Assembly: GCA_000934665.2 (NCBI GenBank)
Contig: KZ538229.1
Coordinates: forward strand, 1-64,000
DNA length: 64,000 bases
Direction of reading: 5' to 3'
Source of the DNA: Catajapyx aquilonaris
Taxonomy: Eukaryota
Part shown: one piece after another, positions 14,976-29,812 of the stretch
How the letters are laid out: every line of letters starts with the position of its first letter
How positions within the stretch are numbered: position 1 is the first letter of the stretch
Translations under genes and position numbers: made by a program
Notes under the pieces: generated by a model
Seen by the model: the letters and a program-made list of their open reading frames with translations, nothing else
Databases searched by the model: none
What the model was told of the DNA's origin: nothing

Positions 14976-17900
14976 GGGGGGGGGGGAACCGATCAAATGA
15001 AGGACTGCAGTGTGAACAAAATCTAATCAGGCTCCTACCTTTTTTTAACTACTTTTCTTCTATTGGACAACCGACCCGTAATATATGGGCGACCGTGACC
15101 TGCAGCTATCAGCTGTGAAATATTTTGAGCAATTTTGGTCTCAATATTTCATTTAACTGTCCTTAAATTTAAGCTGTCAAACTGTAGGCTCTAGTTGGTT
15201 AATAGTAAACCTTATTCCAGACGACTTTGGACTAATCAAATGAGCGGATATATACACCAGCTAATCGACGGCTTACTTGCTTCTCAAATCCCTTTTAGTC
15301 CGCTAGTTTTGCTATTCAACATCGCAGTGGATTATATTTTTCAGAAAACATTGGCCATGCTAAATCATAATCACGCAAAGCCGTGGAGATGTAATGGATG
15401 ATTTTAATATTAAAGCTCTGCTGTGGGGGGGTGGGAGGGGGCCTCGCATTTTCGATGCATATTTTAGCAACCCTTTCGGTCCCAGGCATAAGGCGCTCCT
15501 AAATGTGTTTCCCTAGTATGTGTTTCGTTTTTCTAGGTTACCTTGGCATGTAATTTGGGTCAGAACACGAAAAGGGTTGGGAGAGATAGCAATGCTATTA
15601 AAGCATTGAGAAGGGCTGAAAGGAGAGTGGTGCATGATGGATATAAGAGAAGGAGGCAAAAGATAGCTGTAATGTTACAGGCTTATCTTTTACCGCAAGA
15701 ACCTCGGCACTTTTATGCATGGAAAAAAAAGAGGACGATAGTTAAATGGAGGTGAAAAGCCTCCTTTTTTATACGGGCTCAGCAGATACTTGATAGGGAA
15801 GTAGAGGCATTAATTTTATTCCGAGGTTTCTTTGTCCTCTGAAAAATATGCTGGCACCTAGTTAAAAAGAGCGAGGCAAAGTATCGGTTATCTGGTTTTG
15901 CCATGAACGAGTAGTTAAAGGAGAAGTTAGTAAATCTTTGGTGGAATAAAACCCCGCGAAATGGGGAGGAAAAGCGAGTAGTTTAAGTTGGTTTAAACCC
16001 CTGCTGCGATCTTATCCAATTAGGGTGCACCATGTTAGGACGGGAGTTTCTGCTCGTGACATGCTAGTTTTTTGGGAAAATAAAAATGCATCGCAGGCAC
16101 AAGGCGCTAAATTTGAGCCCAGTGCGAATATTAAATATCACATGGTTAATGAGGTTACATTATGGCTCAAGGATGCTCGTATTTTTGCCCAGGTGGAATA
16201 CATATGAGCTGCTTTCGTATGCCTATTTGGAAGAATTTTAGGGAAACAAAGTTGCGTTTGAATGCTCCGGTGCTTTTTTGTTCAGGCCTTGCAGAGGTCT
16301 TAACACAGCTCATTAGCAGTAGTTTGCTATTCAGACGATCATTTGATGGGAATCGCACAGAAATAGTCTGGATTTACTCGAAGGGAAGCTTAATTGAAAT
16401 TGGACTTTTTGAAACCCAGTCCGGATTTTTTTTCCTGTAATCACGAATGAGAGGAGATGATGAATTTACACAAAAATGCTCATTTCAAAAAGGCATTTTG
16501 ATGATCTCTCCTCTTTTATCCCTGACATTAATTGTTCCTTTTTTTTCTCAGGCTGGAAAAAAGTAATTCACTTCAATTTGGATTGCCAAGACGCAGAGAG
16601 CGATGCTACAAATCTCTCGGGATGGTCTTGTGGAACCCATCAAAGGCATCTCCGGATTGAGTTCCAATAGAATAGATCGAATTCCTTTCGCCTCCCAAAC
16701 AGCAAATAAGGTAGGAATCGACCTTTTCCCTTCCGCTTCTTGTTCTAAAATGCTGCTTTCCTATTAAATTCTTTCCACTGCCGTTCTCCAGGGGAAAAAA
16801 GTTGGCTGAGAAACAACTATCTGCTTTTACAATTTAATTTGCAAATATCCCTCACTGGATTAAACTTTTACCCGATATACGTGTACCGTCGTGAGAATAT
16901 TATTCTGCTACACTAATTTTCAAACCATCACATTACAAGTTAGTTTATGGCGTATCATGTGACACTTGCTTCAATTGTATAAAAGTGAAAGGCAAAACGC
17001 ACTGTACTTTCGAAGTTATTGTCATTAATTTTAAAAAAAATCTGGACTAGAAATAGAAATTATTTTTTTCATATGAATATTGTGCCTTCCACTTTTTCAA
17101 TTTTGGCTTCTCGTCCACTATACACTATACAAGCGAAAAAAAAACTTATGTCAGATGCACTCTCAAATGTCAGGACGGAAAAGTAGAAGCTACAATGCAT
17201 TTGAAACTCGCGTCGTTTGTGATACCTGAGTAATTTGCTGGAGTACACTGTCAAGCATCGCCCGAGGCCAAGAGCATTCTGGTTGTCGCATCACATTTCA
17301 CAGAAGTGACGAGAAACATTGCACAATTTTTTTTGTATCCCTCCGGTCCCAGCTTCTGTTTCGCTGCGAGAATGGCCATGCTTTGTATATACTGTATACG
17401 ATTATTTCCAAGAGCGTTGCCAGATAAATCTTTGTTGGGAGGAGGGGAGGGCCTATTTTTAAAGCGTGGACTGGTCTATCTCAAGTATCGAACTGGGTCA
17501 TAAATATACTAACCGGGTGGCCCGTCATGATTGCCTTCATTATTAATAGTGTGAGCAATTGAAAACTCTTTTGAACAGCCAGTTACTTATTCATGCCTGT
17601 GAAATTATTTTATTGTTGCACAGAGTATGCCAACCTCACGAATGTCAGATTGGGACAGGGACAAGCTAAATGCAAAAATGAAATTAGCAGACTCTTGTGG
17701 GGCATTGTTGGGTCGATACTGTTCTTTGCATTCTGAATTCTTAAGTACTTCATTTTTGGCTATAGGGTGGAGCTAACTTGAGGACAGCTGGCCACGTGTA
17801 CGAGACATGACGGCTCAACACTGGAACAGTCAAGGTATGCTGCTACAATGAATTGAGATCCCGAAAAAAAAATTTGTATCTAGTAGACATTATGATATCA

Positions 17901-20900
17901 GTACTGTGACATTCAAAGCCAATTCAGCAAAGGTTCAAATTTTTCCAAATTATTCGAGCTTCATTTTCTCAATTAATTAAAAAGGCTCTCGGTTAGCCAA
18001 ATACTGGACATACGAGCCCCCTTTACTTTTTGTTTGGTTTTGAAAAGATGGTTATCGATTTGGGCCCACTCTATAATATAGCCCCCCTTTCCACTGTAAA
18101 GTAGACTGCATATTGTGATATAGACATATAATATGCATTCCCGAGATCACGTGGGTCGCAAAACAAAATCATACAGCCCGTGCTCGAGCGGGCTCGTTTC
18201 CATAATGCAAGCCTATCTCTCTGTTCCCTGCGAAAAGTCCTATTCAAAGTTGCAGCTCAAGGCTAGTTTATCGCATTTAATTGGAGCGGCTGACTGAACA
18301 TGACATGCGACACAAACTCTACGTTTTAGTAGGCTGTTTGAATAGACTCCGGAATCAATATCCAGTCTTCATATGGCACGTGTTTAACCCTCTCTATGCT
18401 AATAACGTGACCTCAGGTCCGCCTCTGTTTTCTTTATTACGACCTAAAATATTCCACGCGATAAAATAGCACCAACCCGGAAGCAATATACGCTCTTTAT
18501 TACACTCATATTTATAGTCGTCTTATCCGGGGGCAAAAAAATGATCATGATAAACTGGAAGCGCTTTTGTGACTTTTGGCTTAACATTTTTTCTACTTTT
18601 TCCGGAGACTTATCCGCCCGGATTCACTCGGGCTGTCTTTTCCAGGCCGATTTGGAGCACCGCATCGGAATTTCCGAGACCCCGGGTCGTCTTTGAAATA
18701 TTAGAGGCATGCCGCACTGAATATTATTTATAGCCGCTGCCGGGCAATCACTTCTCATTAGGCGACCATGCTTCCGGATTAGTCCAAGTCGAAATTATAT
18801 GTCACTAGCCGGGTAATAAATGAGTGTATGGGACGTACCTTTTTTCCGTGTAGCGTACAGTATAGGTACGCGGTTTGTATGTGCGGAGGAACCTTCAGAC
18901 TTCAGTGGCGGCTGGCTCTGGACTGAGCTGAGGCAGCGATACAAACCCGCTTTCTCGCTCTGCTCACACACGCGCTCTGGCAACACCGGTTTTCCTACGA
19001 CTACCCGGTCCCACAACGTCATACACCTGATATCCCCATCCACCCACGTATATTATATACCCACATTCCTATAGGAATACTGATATTGTGCTCGAGTAAC
19101 CGAAACAAAAACAACATGTTAAGGTCGAGGACACCCAAGAGGCTTGTGGTCAGAAGATATGCATTGATTCCAAGTACAAAGCCCTGAAATCGATTCCTGT
19201 ATGTTCTAGAGAGAATATGCACTTTGGATGTCGATATCAATATTTGACTCTGCACCCGCTGCATCACTTGGACGTCCGCATAAATTTTCGACTGTCATGT
19301 GGCATTGTTTCCAGCAAATTGTATCGGAAAAATTCCAGAGCTGATGCTTGGAAAAAGAAGTGAGTTTTTTTTATTCGGAAGTGGCTGGTGACAGCCTGGG
19401 GACAGAGGCGCACTGCAGCTGGGTTGACAATCTCCATTTTAGGTGGTGGTGGGTAGAATGTCCGTGGTAATAAATGCTGTCATGTGGTTTGGACACGTGC
19501 TTCCCAAAGGAGTTTTGGGCCAGTGCGGCGGGTATGTCGTGAAGTTACTCGGGGGAACCTCATTCCAGAATGTCTCCAACACACATTGCTTTCAAGGATT
19601 TCCGGCTGGAATAGGGGGGTTTAAAGGTCTGGTTGGTACATCGCGTTTATGCAGAATCTAAAGTGATCAGTCGTTCCATGTTGGCGTAGCTAATTTTTTG
19701 GCAGTTTTAAATGTACAACCCAGGGGCCTCTTGTTGTGAATAATACAGGGGAAGCACTATGGAGAAAAAAAAGGATTTTGGTGTCTTGGTGTCCATATGT
19801 CACGGGGATATTGAACACATATGTACATCAGGAATAGATCCAACCTTGGATGGACATAAGGTGAATTATGTAACTGACAACAAACAAAGTTCGATAAATC
19901 AATGATAAGTTTCTATACCATATCTGCAGGTTATTATCCTGAAAGGCCATGATCCTCATGGGTCCTCCTGGAGATCTCCAGAAATGAGTTACGCCCAGTA
20001 GCTATCATCCACACGTTAATCTCTCTTCAGGGCCAACTTTTGACCCCCTCGCTTCATTACTGGTTCAAAGCACGTGTCTGAACTGCAAGATACTCTTGAA
20101 GTTAGGCCTGCTGGAAAAGAAGTTAAAGTGTTTTTAGTGAAGGTGTGCCCATAGAAATGCTTACATTAAAGCAAATGATCTTGCGGCACTGCATATGCGG
20201 CAACGCCCTACGTCAAAGTTCTGATCCACCGTTGTGGGGAAAAAAAGAAGTTATGTGACGGCATACTGGGTTACCTGGCTTGTGTTGGCTCTCTGCCAAC
20301 GGTGTGGGCGACGAGAGGTAGTTGAAACAAAAGTGTTTACATACAGGATCGGTGGGTCAGTATTACAACGAGCAGCCAAAGTACCAGGAAAGGCTGGGGT
20401 TGTTAGTAGTAAACCACCGCACATCCTGTTCAAGCCGTAAATATATTTTGCCCCAATAGAACCTTCAGGCCATGCTACCTTGATTAATATTAGATGCTGG
20501 AACACGGTCAACCGCGAAATAATATATCCTCCAGCGTGCATATCAATGACTCCTAGTGCGTTGTAATATGTTGCTGTCACATCGCATGGTGAAGCAGGTG
20601 TATTATTCAGTAGTGTGCCTGGCAGTTTCGGCGACGTACAGCAAGGGCTCGAGAGATTGGGATCTTCGGATCTTGAATTGGAGTCGACGGATCAAAGGCC
20701 GTTAAGCGAGGCAATGCCCCTGCGGATTAGGCAATCCAACGAACAGAAGAGGCTCTTGGGTTTCCTTTCTCTTAGGATCAAACTGTGTGGGAAGGAAAAA
20801 GAGATAATTGAAACTTTTATGCCATAAGACGAGTGCTAATAATAATTTAATACGAAGTATGCTTGATTGTGGGAAGCTTTTGCATTTTTAATCGTGTTAC

Positions 20901-23900
20901 TACCCCCGCATTGAGCGTTAATGACACATTTTTAGACTGCACTATGTTCATTATGGATTTTTCCTTGATGTTGCATAGGTGATGCCTGTTTAGTTAATGA
21001 TACGCTGCTAATCGCCTGAGCCTACATATCGGCTTTGGAAGCGTTTCACAGTGAACTGACGCTTATTACGGGAAATACAGGAACCACACCAATCTCTGTA
21101 ATTATCCGTGTCGTAGTTTGGAAGCGGATAATCCTCGCATCATGAACATCGGCAGATAATGCAGCTGGTGATTACCTAAAGGAACTCCATTAGCGGTCTG
21201 ATGAACGGTAAATGTTTACTTAACCGCTCCTGTCTGCTTATAACGCCCGTAAATCAAAGCCAGTGCCAGAAATACGCCTTTAGGTCAAGAGCCTAATGGT
21301 AAACTTCCTTTAAGTCAAACTACTCGTGTTTGAATTTTCAGAGATCGAATCGCTCGCAATAAACGGTACAACAAATCGCTTCACTTTCGAAGCAATAGTA
21401 GATTCGATTCACGTCCGTCCATATGACGAAGCGTGAGGTCAGTCCCGGAAACACGTGGCTATAAAAGGACGGCATTTGCGCCTGGAACACACTCGAGTGT
21501 TGGTCGTCCAATGGGACACGGCTGGGTAACAACTCAAGTGCGCCGTAAAATGTCACTGTAAAACAAAACAAAGTTGCCGTCGTTTGCGATTCCCCGGTTG
21601 TCATCAACTGCTGTTTTGCAAAAAAAAAAAAAAAAAAATCAGGGCCAGCTGGACACAACTTGTTTACTCTCAGAAATATTTAGCAGGATTAAAAATTTAT
21701 GCATATCGATTCGTCTGCTCTATAGGAATATTTAAGTATGTCGAAATATTAGATGGACACTAAACGTGTAATTAGTGTACATGTAGACAAATGAAAGGAC
21801 GCAGTTGGGCAGAGAAATGATACGTTATTCCGGAGGGGTGGTCTCAACCGAGTCAAAGAGTTTGAGGGAAGCGGCTTGCTGTTAATGAGATCGCAAATTA
21901 ATCCCATGGTATCCTTTGAGTTCCCCCAACATTTGTATACGCTCCGGTACATAACTGCAGGGCTTTTTGTCATTCAACGGGCATTTTTGGGAGCATTAGC
22001 GCGAGGCACAAATATTCGCTCTGCCGGAGAAAATTATATTTCACATTATTCTTTGATGTTGCTAGGAAAAACACAGGACCTAGGGGGGGGGGGGCGGAAA
22101 CTCCAAGTGTGACTCACGCCTAATTAAAAAGGAGGGTGTAATTAGTGCCGGAAATTAATGAGAGTTTTGATGGAAAACATCGTCGCATGTGTTCAAAGTT
22201 GCAGCGTAGATTAAGATCCAGGTGTGCTGAATAAAGCTGGACAAATTCCGCGATTTATCACACTTCGGCGACAGATTGAGACAAAGATAATGTATTCAGA
22301 TTTTGATGACATAGTTTAATCTAGCTCATTTGGCATCTGTCTAGGAGTGTAAAACGGCTGTTTCTGCGGTTGATTTATGTAGGGTTAAAAAAACAAGTGC
22401 ATATAGCCAATTTGGCAGTGGGGAAATAGCAATCTCCGGAATGTTTTGATTAGCCGGATGGAAATTCCGGCGAAGGTGCAGTGGGATATGGTCCGATAAA
22501 AGCGAACCCGGCTGGTAAAGCGAGAATCGATGGGTTAGAAAAGAGACAGTCCCGGATCGATGTGCGATAAATTTCTGGGGCTCTAATCTGGAAGTGGGTG
22601 GGTACGAGGACAGGGTGCCATAGTTCCACCCCCCCCCCCCCTTCAGAGTCCATTGCCTCCTAAATTGGCTTCAAGGATGATGCCGACGATTGGATTTGCG
22701 GATGCTGCTATAGGAGATGCCACAGTTTTTTCTTCTTTTTGGGCGACTACTATACCTTTCTGCTCCATGAGTCCCAATGGAGGTTTTCACAATGCTTCTC
22801 GGATGATTTCATCTCACGCTGCATTTGCTGCTGGCTCCTTTCTGGAGTTATAAGTGCGTTTCATTTTTTTTAAAGCAACACTCGGCCACGCTTTCAGCAC
22901 TTTAAAAGTGAAGATTAAAGTGAGGGTGAAGTCGATTAATTTTGTGCTTGAATGGCGTGCTGAATAATTGCGGGCCAGCGCCTTCTTTTTAATGAACTGA
23001 TGTGGAACGCAAAAAAAAAAAGAGTTGGCATTGTTCTTTAATACAGTGGGGCTTTCTGCCAGACCAGAGATGGCGTCTTGCCCAAGGTAAAAAAAACTTC
23101 TTCCATCATTGTTTAATGTCAGTTAACTTATTTTTTTCACAGTTTTCTCCAGAAAAACAGTATAAGGAGGAAGGAAAGGCGGGGCTCATTTCCAGAATGT
23201 ATAGCGTGAACTGTGTGGCAGGGAAGCCACAAATCAATGGGGACGGCCCATTCCCAGGCACCTCTTGGGGATCCGGAGACTAATTAGTTATGGATGATGC
23301 GGATGACGCCAGGGGAAAAAATGCAACGAGATATCCTCCCGCCTGTGGAAAATGCAGAGGAGAGAAGCGCTGGCCAAAAATTTATTGGGCGAGGGAATTA
23401 ATTAGCCGGGGTCTGCAACGCAGCTTTCCATAATAACTACTTCGGGATTACATATAGTGCCTTAAAGGACATTCTGTGGAACTTATTTTTTTATATTCGT
23501 TTTCTGAGGCAGCACGCGCCGGTTCCCCAAATTCGCTTTTCTTTTTCCGGATGACAAATGGCGTCGGAGGCCACAAAGCGCCCGTTTCAGCAGGAAGGGG
23601 CCAAAGTGCTCTTTTGGGCCTCGTCAGGACGAGCTTCTTCACCTTCAGTCGCCGCTTCATTAGCTTTCCATCTAGGCTGGACCGCCTGCGGACTTCCCGG
23701 ATATACTGGAGCAAGGATGCCTTTTTTTTTGGATGGGAGTGTCCGCCTTTTTAGCTGGCGGATGCACAGTGTATGTCTTTTAAACTGATGGAAAGAAAGA
23801 CCTCGTTGTCAACTACATCACTCGCGGTTTCAAGTCTCGGTCATTTATTTTCATGTGAAGCGGTTATAAGCAAGGTTATTTTTGGGTATGAGATCAGAGT

Positions 23901-26900
23901 ATTCGATAATATTGATCATTATTAGAAAAGTAGAACGCAGAATGTTACACAAGGTCAATCGTTAACAATAAAAAAATTATTTCCGACCCGGCAAAGTCGC
24001 AATAAGTGTTAAATTTAATTGGTGGAAAGTCGAATGTGAACATAACCAAGATGAAAATAATTGAGAAAACCGCAGGTCTCTTCCAGGTATACGCATAGAA
24101 CATAGACAATTTTTTATGTTAAGACAATACGTGGTTTTTTTTTAATTCAGTAGTTTCATCACATTAGTTCAGGTTAAAGAGTTTCAACCGCTGCTAGTAT
24201 AGCTAATATAATAATTCAGTATTTTTTAGTCTGACGAAAGCTCAATTCCATTACGACTTCTTGACTGAAAAAAGGCGCCCAGGTGCAGTTCATTTTACAT
24301 TTGGAACGAGAGGAAAATTAACTCTGCTTTCATATAGAGTGTACCAGCAGGCATTACGTTACTTTCTCAAAAGAACCAAGAACTTTGGTTTATTTCCTTT
24401 ATGCCGTGTTGTGAAACGAGGCTCCCTTTTGAGTTCAGAACTTTGGAGAAGGAAGGCCTGATTCTAGATGATGCAGGCCGAAATTTGATTGTTTCCATTT
24501 GTACAGTATACCTAAAAGTATAGGCATACCAAATTTATGGGCATATAATATGAAGGTCATTATTGTTATTATTATGAGAAAAGAGTTTTTTTCCCCCATT
24601 CAGCACTATAGGAATCAATGTTGAACAAAAGTAGTCGATATAATTCGTTTCCGACAGCACCAGGAAGCGGAATAAGATGGTCGTAAGAAACATCCTTTTG
24701 GCCTAGAGACGGCTTGCATCAGGCCGCACAAAAGGGGGCCAGACCTTAGAAGAGAACGAGAGAAAAAAAAGAAATGAAAGTGGCAAAATCGATGGCCCGG
24801 AGAAAAGGAGAGATCCTCATCATTCTTGGTGTTAACGAGGCGGAACGGTCGGAAAGAGAGCAAGAAGAGTTGGGGGAGGGTTAGAGTCGGGTCCCGGATT
24901 TACTGGTTCAAGCAAATTGGCGTCGCTTTGTTACAGGGGAACTCTTCACAAGCCTCCCTGACACTTCCTGGGCCGCGATTAACAGCCCTTCAATGAGATT
25001 GGGAAATGTGCAAAACGTGGGAGGAATCGGCAAGTCGCTGTCATTTCTCCAGCCTCCTGCTGCTGAGAGTGATTGATCTGGACCGTAGCCATGTTCCAGT
25101 GGACTCCTGCGCTTATGGGGAAATTATAATGGATTATACGTCATCAGAATTCAGGGTGAACCGCCCTTTCAAGCTCTCGCATCTGATTTACGTGAACTGA
25201 CTACATTGTTGCAGGACGTCTCAATAATGCTTAAGCTGACGATATTCTGAGATCAGCCACATGCAGCTAGCAGTTAACGCCTAGATTAATTACAACAATG
25301 GATTGCCAATTAGAGAAGTATCCACATTGTTTACAGGGAATCCCTAATTATGAGCACATGAAAGAGGAGTGCACGTGAAAACAAATAGTTGACATGACAA
25401 AGTCGGGCATTATTGAGCTCATAATTACAGCACAGCTATGTTGTTGTCATCATCCGATAGTTACACACACTGCAAATGCGAAGACCCGATCCTCTTTTGG
25501 ATGCCAATTAAGGCTAATGAATGGCTTCTGCAACAAATCCGGAGATCCGTTAATCCAGTCACGTAATGTCGATGCGGAGAGCCAATACGCATCATTTAGG
25601 ACAGCTTGTTAAATTTTTACGATAATTAGCCCTGGCCACTGCCCACGCAATATAACACGCGACAATACAGGGGACTATACCCAACAAACCACTCCGACTG
25701 ATTGCATTTTTCCGGTCACCCGGAGACGAGCACTGTCACCTTGAAAATGTTTCATACTCGTCCAATCAGCCGTCCAAAATCCGATTCCCAGAACTAACTC
25801 TGTTATGAGCCAGTTTTGAGATGAGATCCTACTGAGCACTGATATAGCCACCTGTTGATGCTGCCATCGCTTTAACTCGGCCCTCCAAACGATCAATGCG
25901 ATCCGGTCTGTTCTCCAACTGGCCCTGACAGTACATGTTCCTCATTACGGGCAGCATCAGACCAAGCTAACCCTATTTACCTCCAGGTCCGATTTCCGAA
26001 ACTTGCTACGTCCTGGTTGGAAACTCCCAGAGGATTTTTGGCCTAACGTGTTGGCCACTCGAGAGCCAAGGAACACTTCAGACCTGAACTGAATGCAAAG
26101 ACAGACGTGCCAATTGTGCCATGTTCATATGCAAATTTTCGGAGACCTTGTGGAAAATAGGAGCGTTGCAATGTATGGTCCAGATGAAGCTGGTGATGAA
26201 ATCGTGGATTTCGCAGCCCTTTGTGTGTGTTGAGATGAAGCCATCGATCTTGCTGTTTTGTTGGCTCTGAAGCAAAGGGAGTGTTTTTCTGAGAATAAGG
26301 GAAACGGCATGAGGTGTGGGTGTGACGCAGTTACCTTGGCGACGTATATACTACGTATAGACATAATGTGCCGCCCGCACCCTGAACACAAGTGGTGTTG
26401 GTCTACCTGGAATTTCCAAGGGTATTGAATTTTCACACATCAACGCAGCACTGAGTCCTTGCAAATTGGATGGAGCGAGCTCCGATGTAAGTTTCACGCA
26501 CCGGTTGAACATGCAGCTCCTCATTACGTACAATACAGAGATTTGAATAATAATGTGAAGCAAGGGTAATGGAACTGCGCCAATGTGCCGCGTATATACG
26601 CTATTCAGCTGACTTTCATTGCCGATACATGCAGGTAATGTCCTCGGGACGGCATATTACCTGGCTGTGCGATCCCCCAAAGGACAGCGTGATATATTAA
26701 ACAGGCGAAGTCATTTTTCAACAAAAAATTCACTGCTACGGCTATGGCAGAATGAGTGGATTTAATACCTCGGCTTGAGCAATAACCCTGTTTATTTCTG
26801 GCAGCATGTGTCAAACTGCATATCCAGTGAGTTGTTGGCGCCTCAAGTTTAATTTACTGATTAGTCAATCCCAACCACAACGCACGGCTCAAAATACGCT

Positions 26901-27355
26901 CGTATGAACCCAAAATGGCATAAGAAGCTGAGAGGCACCAGTGTGGCTCTGTAGCAAAAGGGAAATTCCGCAAATTCAGTTGAAGTATGCTTGCGTTGTT
27001 CTCCGAGGATATGCAAAGCATGTGAGCAGTACTCTCATCACAATGATGGAAAGGTGGTTTGGGCGACTGGAAAGTTCCGCCGCATAGCAGGGGAATCTCC
27101 CCTGAGGTTCCAGACGTGGATTCCAGTAATGGATGGGTGAAACAGGATGCCTGCAACCCGCTATAGTTCTGTGTGCTGCTGGAGAAATTTCTGGCAGGAA
27201 GAAGCTCTCAATCATAATTCAGCACTTCCTTTGGGGAAACAACATGTTTGACTTTTATTCATGCGACGTGTATCGTTTTGAAATCTAATCGGATTTTGTG
27301 AGAAATATTGCCAATATTGGCGCTGTACTATACTCGGTCATAGTTAATATGTAAT

Positions 27356-27360
<5 letters not shown>

Positions 27361-27418
<58 letters not shown>

Positions 27419-27696
27419 TCATACCCCGTTATCAGCCTTTTTCGGCTCTTTAGGGGGGAAGTTTTCTTTTGCCTGGAACTCTTTGCTTTCATTTTACTGC
27501 ACTTTTTGGGATGGGATAGGGACGGAAGGAAGCGGCTGTGGCCTGTAAATTGCGGAAACAACTCCGGAATTTTCCTGGAAGGACCGTGGGAAACCACAGA
27601 AAACCACGGTCAGAGTTGCCGGCCCCGGGATTCGAACCCAGGACCTCCCGATTAGCAGTCGGACGCCTTATCCACTATGCCAACCTGCTTCGGTAG
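27361..27696 (-). mobile_element. Full-length tRNA-derived SINE (family 1) with (ATT)n tail and 18-bp TSD
   Basis: Minus-strand head has A box TGGCATAGTGG and B box GGTTCGAATCC, body GTGGTTTTCTGTGGTTTCCCAC and an (ATT)n tail. Flanked by the direct repeat GTTAATATGTAATATTAA at 27343-27360 and 27697-27714. Confidence 0.9.
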
Positions 27697-29812
27697 GTTA
27701 ATATGTAATATTAAAATCCTTCATTGTATGACCGATGATTCTGATTGACTCGCCGTATATTGTTTGTGCAAAGCTTCCGATTCGCCCCTGTTCTGCGCCT
27801 GCGCAATGGAGGAAGCAGCGCCTCTGGTGGGTGGGAGGATGAATTAAAAGTTCTTAATCTAAGTTCTTTAACACCTACGATGCGACCATACTGCAATAAT
27901 TAATTGGCTGCAGTAGCACATAATATTACCAGTCCCTTTGAAGTGCCCAGTGGTCTCCTTTATCCATGGAGAGAACTGGAGGGCGTAGGTATGCATGACG
28001 TGCGGACACGCTCTAATATAGGAAAATGTATTCCTCCCGCACTATAAGATTACCATTTTCATTTAATTACATTCCCTCAAGCCCCACCTACGAAATTCTA
28101 ATAACGTAAGCTCGGGTATGTGCAAATATGCCCGGCTCTCAATCGGCAAGTTTCAGTAGTTCTGTACATCCGCTTGCTCGCTAAGTTGGTTAAAGAGTAT
28201 CCCCTGCGGTTGGCAAGTAGATTTCATAATCCGGGTTGAACAAGTTACTTGTCCATATCGGTATTCGGATCAGTGTTGTCGCTGGAGGGCAGACAGTTTA
28301 ATCAGATCTTTCAATGGTTGTGCACACTTAAAGCCATTTTCTTTAGATCAATACGTGGTAGTGACGTCGCAGAAAAAGTTCATCGTACGTGTGTCCTGAC
28401 ACAACCTTTTAACGGCGGACCGAGTCAATATTAGCTCGACATGGGCTCCATATCCAGCTGCTGTTTTCATGGCGGACAATCATCTTCTCAAAAGTGGAGA
28501 GGGGCTAAAGGACGAATTAGGTCGCTCAACTGAAGTTCTTCTGAGGTCATTTGCGGTGGACGTAAAAAACTCACTCCAGATGATTGAACTTTCAAATGGG
28601 AAGCACTTTGTGACTGATGAGGCCGCATTGATTATGCTGTCTGAATATGACAGCCTCCAGTTTTGTCACTCTTGACGTCCGGCTCAAAGACCTCGAAGTC
28701 GCGCTTAATCTACCGTGTTGTTTATCAGACATATTTGATCGCATCCAGGAAAAACGCATTGAATGTGAGTCTCTCTCAGGATGAATGGGACACTTCCCCC
28801 CTGCAATGCAGCATCTCTTCAAGAGCGCTCCAGCGGAGAAGATGTATACAAGGGGTGAGCTTGGTTGCCCTGACCTCTCCTGTCCTCCCCATTTTTTTTT
28901 TTTTTGAAAAGCCCCTGAGAGTGAAAACTAAAGAAAAGAGCGTCCCTGGAAAAACTTGTGTGGACGATATTCATCCCGGGCCGTTTGCAGCCGCTGCATT
29001 GATTCATGGCTTCCTGTCCACTCGGGGAACCTGTGTGGAACAAGAGAAGTCCGCAGATATTTTTCACCCATTTTCTAGGCCTCAAAAGTCCTTGGTATAT
29101 GGACCCGTTGTGTCGAGTTTGACCTATGGCGGGGACGACGTAATGAGCAATTAGGTTATGAGCGCAATGTTGTTAAAATAATATTATTGTAATTATTCAG
29201 CGTTGGAAATTGGTTGACAACATTTGTTACATATTAATCATCGTCGATGTTATGCTAACTGCCAGTCGATTTTAAAATTACCATCAATTACAACGGTACA
29301 TGTGCCCTGCAGGGTAATTCAAACTTGCGTGTTGATGTACTACTGCAGCTCAATACTGTATCTTGTGATGGATATACAATACATTGGGTTTCGAAACAAA
29401 GTTTATTGGTTTTCCATTACCGACAGCAAAGTTTAGCGCAAACTATCAGTTGGTTCATGTCTTTGAGGTCTGGGAAAGGCCAGAAACTTTGCACTACTCC
29501 GGGAGTAGTAGAGTTTTTACGCCTCCTTATTCAGCCAGAGATTTAAACTTCAAATTGCTTCTTAGGTGCAGCGGCACATCCACATTTTTAATGAAGGAAG
29601 ACGAAGCTGTGATCACCTCCTGGAAAAAATAAAGGTTAAGGGTGGGCGGTATTTCCGTATACTTAAAAGGCATCTGGTTCAAATCGCACAGATAATGATT
29701 TTTCGCCCAATTACCTCAACAGTTGCATTAGGTGAGGTGAGATGAAAATCCTGCTCAACCTTGAGAAGTAACGAAATAAAGTTTTCTCTCTCTATTTATA
29801 ACACCTTGTATT

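Noticed and set aside
18384..18710. piggyBac-like MITE (TTAACCCTCT start)
   Set aside because: The matching right TIR and TTAA are not convincingly present.
26078..26440. Possible decayed LINE endonuclease fragment (HAVSLILRKTLP...)
   Set aside because: Resemblance is vague and catalytic motifs are not visible; needs an HMM search.
27328..27597. ORF with poly-Leu, signal-peptide-like run
   Set aside because: The Leu run is the translation of the SINE's (ATT)n tail.
27618..27696. tRNA-Ser(GCT) gene
   Set aside because: No paired acceptor stem or Ser variable arm; it is the head of a TSD-flanked SINE.
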